A stretch of DNA of 33,683 nucleotides, taken from an uncultured Roseivirgaceae bacterium. GTDB taxonomy: Bacteria > Bacteroidota > Bacteroidia > Cytophagales > Cyclobacteriaceae. Of this stretch, positions 27,846 through 33,683 are shown piece by piece. The DNA is taken from the NCBI GenBank assembly GCA_964472815.1, contig CAYYNA010000007.1:1-33683 (forward strand), read 5' to 3'. Numbering within the stretch: position 1 is the stretch's first letter; the number at the start of each line of letters is the position of its first letter. The position numbers and the translations under genes were made by a program. The notes below the pieces were generated by a model. It was not told the DNA's origin, made no database searches, and saw nothing but the letters and a program-made list of their open reading frames with translations.

Positions 27846-28532
27846 CTATTCTATCTCAAATACTACCCTCATTTCTGCCCTCACTTTAATTTTCTTGAAA
27901 TCCACATTTGACTCATAATCATTTGATGCAGTCGCGAATTCACGCATTGCCATATTGGATCTCATCATTGGAGGTTGGTATCCATAATCTATTTCCTGCA
28001 CCTCAATTATTCTTCCCACCTTTTCGTCCACACTTTCCAGTAGATACGTTGCTTTTTCCTTGGCTGCTTTCATTGCTCCAATTTTTACTTGCTTCCGAAA
28101 AGACTCGATATCACTATGAGAATAGGATTGTACACTCATGTTATTTAGCCCTTCTGGATCCATCATTTGTACCAGATCATTTAGCTTCTTCAAGTCACTG
28201 ACTTCAAGTAAGAAACTCTTGGTCCCTAGAAAATCATCCGCTTTCTTTTTCCTCCAATTCCAATTGTAGCCATACACATTTTGAACTCTCAGGTTTTCTT
28301 CAGCTATATCTAGCTTCTTTAGCGCCTTGATAAGCCCTGCTTCCAGCTCATCCAACGAGACCTTATCTCCTCCTTTTTTGTACTCCTTGAGCGCTATGGA
28401 AACAAAAATTTCGTTTGGAGTAATCTCCATTTCGCTGCTCCCTTTTACCTCAATTGATCGAATCTTGGTATCATTTTGCGCCATTGCAAAAAGATTGCAT
28501 ACTAGTAGAAGTGCTATAAATACGTGTCTCAT
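27846..28532 (-). CDS. SIMPL (DUF541) domain periplasmic protein
   Basis: Signal peptide plus 'IEVKGSSEMEITPN', 'AMKAAKEKA..L..VG' and 'IKVRAEMRVVFEI'. Confidence 0.85.
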   Translation of the reverse strand: MRHVFIALLLVCNLFAMAQNDTKIRSIEVKGSSEMEITPNEIFVSIALKEYKKGGDKVSLDELEAGLIKALKKLDIAEENLRVQNVYGYNWNWRKKKADDFLGTKSFLLEVSDLKKLNDLVQMMDPEGLNNMSVQSYSHSDIESFRKQVKIGAMKAAKEKATYLLESVDEKVGRIIEVQEIDYGYQPPMMRSNMAMREFATASNDYESNVDFKKIKVRAEMRVVFEIE

Positions 28533-28584
28533 AATTTTTCTTATTTCTAGTAAGATGATCTCAAAGTGAAAATTCCATAAAACT

Positions 28585-29796
28585 TTAGTCAGAAATTTCT
28601 TCTGTCAGTATCTCGGGGTTTCCTTCAAGTGTCTTGTGAACAGGACATCTGTCTGCAATCTCCACCAAGCGTTTTCGCTGTTCTGGAGTAATGTCTCCCT
28701 TAATTTTTATCTTCCGCTTGATCTGGTCAATCTTCCCTTTAGAACTTTCACTATTTCCGCAATCTTCCTTGTGAATTTTGTCGTGCGTCAGCTGCACCTC
28801 AATTTCTTCTAATTCAATTTTCTTGAAATCAGCGTACATCCTCATGGTCATGGCAGTACATGCACCAAGGGCTGAAAGCAGATACCCATAAGGCGTAGGT
28901 CCCTGATCGTTTCCCCCAACGCTAGGCGGCTCATCAGCCAGCATTTGATGGCTACCAGCTACCACTTCAGTCGTAAATCCCTTGCCTCCAATTCTTGTCA
29001 TCACCTCGCCTTCTGGCATCTCCTCCGGTTCTGAAAGCTCCACGTATCTGTTTGCCCAGTTGGCAATCATCGATCCAACATATTTCGCATCAGCTTCTCT
29101 TGTCATCAAATGATCTGCACCATCAAGCGAAACGAAGCTCTTAGGATGCTTGGCATTTACATAGATATCCTGTGCGTTCTCAATACCTACGATGGAATCC
29201 TGCGGAGAATGCAAAATCAGAAGTGGTTTGCCAAGGTTACTAATTGGGTCTTTCCCTTCCCTACTTTCAAGATCTTCTAAAAACTGCTTCTTCATTCTGA
29301 ATGGTCGACCTCCAATATTCACTTCCGCTTCTCCCTTTTCTTCCAGTTCCTGCCTTCCACTGCTTAGCAAATGTGCCACGTGCGTAGGATCTGCGGGAGC
29401 ACCAACTGTTGCCACCGCCTGAACTTTCGGTAGTTCTCCTGCAATATGTAAGACAGCAGCACCACCTAGAGAATGGCCAACTATAATACTTGGTGCAACG
29501 TAGTTTGCGTCTAGAAAATCATAAGCGTCTTTCAGGTCCGAAAGGTTGGAGCTGAAATTTGTGTCAGAAAAATCTCCTTCACTCTGACCCAATCCAGTAA
29601 AGTCAAATCTCAAGATTGCCATCCCCAGCTGGGTAAATGCCTCTGAAATTCGCTCAACGGACTTAAGATTCTTTGAGCAGGTAAAACAATGGGCGAACAA
29701 GACATATGCAGTTGGCTTACTAACTAAGGGAAAATCAATTCTTCCGGATAAGTTTTCACCAGCTGAGTTTTGGAAAGAGACCTTTTGAAATCGCAT
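28585..29796 (-). CDS. Bifunctional alpha/beta hydrolase-OsmC fusion protein
   Basis: 'AHCFTC', 'RFDFTGLGQSEG', nucleophile elbow 'GHSLGG' and 'ADHL', then OsmC motifs 'DEP..GG...GPTP..LGACT..CPVH'. Confidence 0.92.
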   Translation of the reverse strand: MRFQKVSFQNSAGENLSGRIDFPLVSKPTAYVLFAHCFTCSKNLKSVERISEAFTQLGMAILRFDFTGLGQSEGDFSDTNFSSNLSDLKDAYDFLDANYVAPSIIVGHSLGGAAVLHIAGELPKVQAVATVGAPADPTHVAHLLSSGRQELEEKGEAEVNIGGRPFRMKKQFLEDLESREGKDPISNLGKPLLILHSPQDSIVGIENAQDIYVNAKHPKSFVSLDGADHLMTREADAKYVGSMIANWANRYVELSEPEEMPEGEVMTRIGGKGFTTEVVAGSHQMLADEPPSVGGNDQGPTPYGYLLSALGACTAMTMRMYADFKKIELEEIEVQLTHDKIHKEDCGNSESSKGKIDQIKRKIKIKGDITPEQRKRLVEIADRCPVHKTLEGNPEILTEEISD

Positions 29797-29876
29797 GACT
29801 TTGAAAGTTTATAAATTACTGGGTAATCGAAACGTTTAGCTTCAATTGCTGTCATTAAACTAAACTTTTTTATCTC

Positions 29877-30512
29877 TTGAACAGGTTCCCATTCATAATA
29901 ATATTTTTAACTGTCGCATCTATGGCATTCAGTCAAGTACTGAGTTATGATGTGATCAGAGGTAGCAAGAAATTGGGAGACATGACGGTCAAGCGGACCG
30001 CCTTGGAAAACAGTACCTACTATGAGATAGACAGTGAGGTAACTTTCCGGATTTTACTATCATTTACAGTAGATTATGAATCTACCAGCGAATACAAGTA
30101 CGGGAAGCTTATAAAAGAATACACACACAACAGACTGAACGGCAGCACTCAAAAAAAATCAACTCTCTGGTTTGATGGAGAAAAGTACACGCTCGATCTC
30201 AATGGCACGAGATATACGGAAAAGTCACCCATTAATTATTCTGTAGCAGCAATCTACTACGAGGAACCAAAAGATGGACAAAAAGTATATTCTCCTCAGT
30301 TTGGAGAATACTTAGAGTTCGAAAAAGTGGGTGACCATCGCTACGAAATGAAGTCCCCGGACGGCCTGAATATTTACTCATACACCAACGGAATATGCAC
30401 GGAAGTGAAAGTCAACAGAGACTTTGCCAAGTTCTCATTCGTGATGGCCCCCGAGTCTTTAATTGCGGTGAAAAATAAGAGCATAATTGGTGGCGGAATG
30501 GTGGTGGATTAA
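29877..30512 (+). CDS. Secreted beta-rich hypothetical protein (DUF6134-like)
   Basis: Signal peptide (..AFSQ) and a beta-strand pattern with 'YYEEP..VYS..FG' and 'YSYTNGIC'. The family call is tentative and the TTG start uncertain. Confidence 0.6.
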   Translation: MNRFPFIIIFLTVASMAFSQVLSYDVIRGSKKLGDMTVKRTALENSTYYEIDSEVTFRILLSFTVDYESTSEYKYGKLIKEYTHNRLNGSTQKKSTLWFDGEKYTLDLNGTRYTEKSPINYSVAAIYYEEPKDGQKVYSPQFGEYLEFEKVGDHRYEMKSPDGLNIYSYTNGICTEVKVNRDFAKFSFVMAPESLIAVKNKSIIGGGMVVD

Positions 30513-30554
30513 TCGATCATCTTCTTAAATTGATCCGCCTATCAACCCGAATAT

Positions 30555-30911
30555 ATGATCACCTGTATTTCTATTGATGACGATCCTTTATTTCTTAAGA
30601 TCCTAGAATCATATCTAGAAGAAATCAAGGGTATTGAGTTGCTTGGCTCCTATAACAATCCTGTAGATGGAATTATGCAAGTCGTCAAGCGCAAACCCAA
30701 CATTCTGTTTATTGACTGGGACATGCCAAACTTAGATGGTTTTGAAACGCTTGCCACTTTGGATAAAAAGCCTAAAGTGATCATGATCTCGGCTAATGTC
30801 AATCAACCTGTGCGCAGCAAAATAATCGAGATTGACAGCTATCTCAGAAAAGTTAAATTCGATAAGGAAGTCTTGGAAGCTGCAATCCAGAGAGTGATGA
30901 GAACCAGCTAA
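30555..30911 (+). CDS. Stand-alone receiver-domain response regulator
   Basis: 'SIDDDP', phospho-Asp in 'FIDWDMPNLDGF', 'VIMISA' and 'YLRK'. There is no output domain. Confidence 0.85.
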   Translation: MITCISIDDDPLFLKILESYLEEIKGIELLGSYNNPVDGIMQVVKRKPNILFIDWDMPNLDGFETLATLDKKPKVIMISANVNQPVRSKIIEIDSYLRKVKFDKEVLEAAIQRVMRTS

Positions 30912-33683
30912 CTAGACCAATTCTTGCTCAAGATCAGCGAGTGTTTCTTTGATTAGCACTCGATAACTCTCCACTTTATCAACTACTTCCTTGACTTTAT
31001 CCTGATCATCAAGGTCTAGTTCTATATAACCCTTAATGACCTTTTCCATATTGTGCATTCCCAGTAGCTTGAGGTGCGGAATGATGTTGTGCGTAATATT
31101 GTCGAGTTCTTTGATATCCTTATTATACATCGCGTTTTCATACGCAATTCGGAATTCATCCACTCTAATGCTAAAGGCGCTAACAAAGAACTCAAGCGCT
31201 TCCTTATTTTGCCAATGTTCTTTTAACGTTTGCACAGAAATTTCTTGATCGTCAGGTCTAGATTCATCGGCAGCTATAATCTGTTTCCTGCTCTTCTCAA
31301 TCTGCTTTCTTCTTATTTCCTTCTCTTCTTCCGAAAGATCTTGATAGGTGTCGTCTGTATAAATCAACAAAGTCTCATGCAGCTCTTCTGGCTTAAATGG
31401 CTTACCCATAAAACCTACCATCCCTGCATCTTTGATCTTGAGCTCTGTCATTTCGTCTATCTCTGCCGTTAATGCTACGATGGGAGTCATGAAATTCTCT
31501 ACTTCTTCCAAGATCTTGTTGGTAGCCTCATAGCCCGTCATATCAGGCAGTCTGATGTCCATAAAAATCAAATCAAACTCTCCACCTTTCACACGATCTA
31601 TAGCCTCAGATCCGGTATCAGCAAAAGTTGAAATGACGCCCCATTTTTCAAAGTATTGTTCTATGACCATCTGGTTGATCTCATTGTCCTCCACGCACAA
31701 GACACGAAGACCCTTAAGAACATTGGTTTCATCAAGAAATGATGTAATGGTTTCATCTGCATCACGATCCTGTACTTCAATGAAAGGAATGCTAAATGAA
31801 AAGACCGAACCTACGCCTACTTCGCTCTCTACTTCCAATCCTCCACCGAGTAACTGTGAAAGCTCCCTAGAGATAGAAAGTCCGAGACCCGTACCTCCAT
31901 ATTTTCTTGCGGTAGAAATATTTTCTTGCTCAAAGCCAACAAAGATCTTCTCTAGCTTATCCTCAGCAATCCCAATTCCAGTATCAGTAACACTGAAGAC
32001 TATCATTTCGTCTTTCCGTTCGACATTAACTTTTACTTCACCTTTTTCAGTGAACTTAATGGCATTTCCAACCAGGTTAATCAAAACTTGATTAACCTTC
32101 AATCGATCTCCCGAGATAAAGGCAGGCACATCCTTATCTACCAAATAGTAGAGCTTAATTCCTTTTTCCTTCACGGAAAAGGACAATGTAAGCATGATGT
32201 TTTGTAGAAGCTGCTCTACAGAAAAGTCGCTGACCTCCAGCCTTAGCCTTCCAGATTTAATTTTGCTAAAGTCCAGAATATCATTGACCAATGCTAAAAG
32301 GTGTTGACCAGAAAAGTGCAACGTATTTAGCTTGGGAATATGGTCCTTCTTAGGCTTATCTGAAAGCATAAAGTCGGTAATGCCGAGTATCGCATTTAAA
32401 GGCGTTCTGATTTCGTGACTCATGGAAGAGAGAAACTGGTCTTTCACTTTTGAAGCATCTTCCGCTTTTTCTACTGCAGCCAGTAAGCTCAATTCATGTT
32501 TCTTCTTTTCGGTTATGTCTTGCAGCGTGGTGGAGATCGCATCAACTTCTCCGTTTTCACCTACCCCGAATCGCGTATTCATATCTAGGTAAAAGGCTTT
32601 CTCATCGTCACTAATTCCTTGAAACTCTACCTTGATTGGCTTCTTCTCTTTTAAGCCTTCTTCCCACGCTTGATGTACCCTTACCTTGTCCTTCTTGGAT
32701 ACGAATAAGTCATAAATGTCCTTTCTTGAATCTCTGGTCATCTCTCCTGTGATTCTACTGGGGATCCGCAAGGTGTCAAAGAAATTGTCTGAATAATCGT
32801 ACGACTGCTTCTTGAAGTTATAGGCCATACTTCCAATCTTAGCCATATTTTGCGCATGGATCAGCTGCTTCTTAGTGGTTTCAATAACTCGCTTTTGGAT
32901 GCTGAATCTCCGTATAATCCAGATGGCAATTAGCAGCAATAGGATGAACCCAAATATTATCGCAAGAAATGTTTTTACATTTTTCCTGAAGCTTTCAGTA
33001 ATCTGAATTTTCTCCTCCTCAATTTCCTTAATCTCCTGTTCTTGCTGACGGAGCTTTTCTCGAAGTAGTAGTATCAACTCCAGACTATTTGCTTTGGTAT
33101 CCTGAAACAAACTATCTAGCAAATTGATGGACTCATCAAACTGGAGTGCTTGATTTAAGATTTTCTCTTGCTCTTCGTCGGATAATTCCGGAAGGAAGCT
33201 TAGACTATCTCTAATATCGAGTATTTTCTGATTTTGCTCTTTGAATTTTGATTGCTGAATGGTATAGTAGGCAACTAAACTGTCTATTCGATTACTTAGC
33301 TTTTCTCCAGAGAATAAGGAGGTGTCTGCTTGTGCCAACTTAGCAGGCAATGAATCGATCACAGCTTGAAGCAATGTTGAGGCAGTTGCATTTTGACTTC
33401 CCGCAGATGAAGCGCTTGCAAGTGTGATCTCGAACTCCTTGTCATTTAATTCTTGGATACTAGCCACACTGTAGTTATCCACCTGAACTGAAGACTCAGT
33501 GAAAACCGTAGATGCATCGGTATAAAAAACACCGCTATTATTGGTGACGAAAGGTTTGGTACCGACCAGAACAAAAGAATTACGAATTAGCTTTCCGTCC
33601 TCATCTTTTAGAGTCACCATAAACTCCTCCTCAGGTAGGGAAGTAACTGCAGCAAACGAAATTTCACCACGGTCAAGATCTTC
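30912..33683 (-). CDS. Hybrid sensor histidine kinase (extracytoplasmic region-TM-PAS-HisKA-HATPase-REC-HPt), 5'-truncated by window edge
   Basis: The frame stays open to 33683. Motifs: H-box 'MSHEIRTPLNAI', 'NLVGNAIKFT', 'GGTGLGL', receiver 'VEDNEIN..FMDIRLP..KPF' and HPt-like 'THNIIPHLKLLG'. Confidence 0.92.
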   Translation of the reverse strand, partial: EDLDRGEISFAAVTSLPEEEFMVTLKDEDGKLIRNSFVLVGTKPFVTNNSGVFYTDASTVFTESSVQVDNYSVASIQELNDKEFEITLASASSAGSQNATASTLLQAVIDSLPAKLAQADTSLFSGEKLSNRIDSLVAYYTIQQSKFKEQNQKILDIRDSLSFLPELSDEEQEKILNQALQFDESINLLDSLFQDTKANSLELILLLREKLRQQEQEIKEIEEEKIQITESFRKNVKTFLAIIFGFILLLLIAIWIIRRFSIQKRVIETTKKQLIHAQNMAKIGSMAYNFKKQSYDYSDNFFDTLRIPSRITGEMTRDSRKDIYDLFVSKKDKVRVHQAWEEGLKEKKPIKVEFQGISDDEKAFYLDMNTRFGVGENGEVDAISTTLQDITEKKKHELSLLAAVEKAEDASKVKDQFLSSMSHEIRTPLNAILGITDFMLSDKPKKDHIPKLNTLHFSGQHLLALVNDILDFSKIKSGRLRLEVSDFSVEQLLQNIMLTLSFSVKEKGIKLYYLVDKDVPAFISGDRLKVNQVLINLVGNAIKFTEKGEVKVNVERKDEMIVFSVTDTGIGIAEDKLEKIFVGFEQENISTARKYGGTGLGLSISRELSQLLGGGLEVESEVGVGSVFSFSIPFIEVQDRDADETITSFLDETNVLKGLRVLCVEDNEINQMVIEQYFEKWGVISTFADTGSEAIDRVKGGEFDLIFMDIRLPDMTGYEATNKILEEVENFMTPIVALTAEIDEMTELKIKDAGMVGFMGKPFKPEELHETLLIYTDDTYQDLSEEEKEIRRKQIEKSRKQIIAADESRPDDQEISVQTLKEHWQNKEALEFFVSAFSIRVDEFRIAYENAMYNKDIKELDNITHNIIPHLKLLGMHNMEKVIKGYIELDLDDQDKVKEVVDKVESYRVLIKETLADLEQELV

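Overview
This is a gene-dense, mostly core-genome segment of a Bacteroidota chromosome. The evidence is TAnnTTTG promoter elements, SD-less starts where checked, T9SS C-terminal domains and the rpsU-xerC-hpf order; a marine Cytophagales lineage is likely, but that is inference. Contents in order: the 3' end of an OmpR-family regulator; two convergent T9SS-sorted proteins; an RprX/RprY-like two-component pair; a HisA paralogue; a small secreted acidic protein; hpf, xerC, rpsU and an acyl-CoA dehydrogenase on the minus strand; ugd; DUF547; a CPA2-RCK antiporter; glyQS, an MtfA-like peptidase and dgt; a small C2-like protein; an ABC-F; MMPL-ileS-lspA-DUF1835; a small acidic protein; SIMPL; a hydrolase-OsmC fusion; a DUF6134-like protein; a stand-alone receiver; and a hybrid histidine kinase cut by the window edge. 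I saw no rRNA, tRNA, CRISPR array, IS or prophage. The best leads are (i) four GTTAA repeats at helical-turn spacing between the two-component operon and a T9SS protein with no recognisable passenger domain, (ii) the adjacent HisA paralogue lacking its catalytic Asp, and (iii) a stand-alone protein with a synaptotagmin-like C2 Ca2+-loop signature. All family calls come from motif recognition by eye; no database searches were run.
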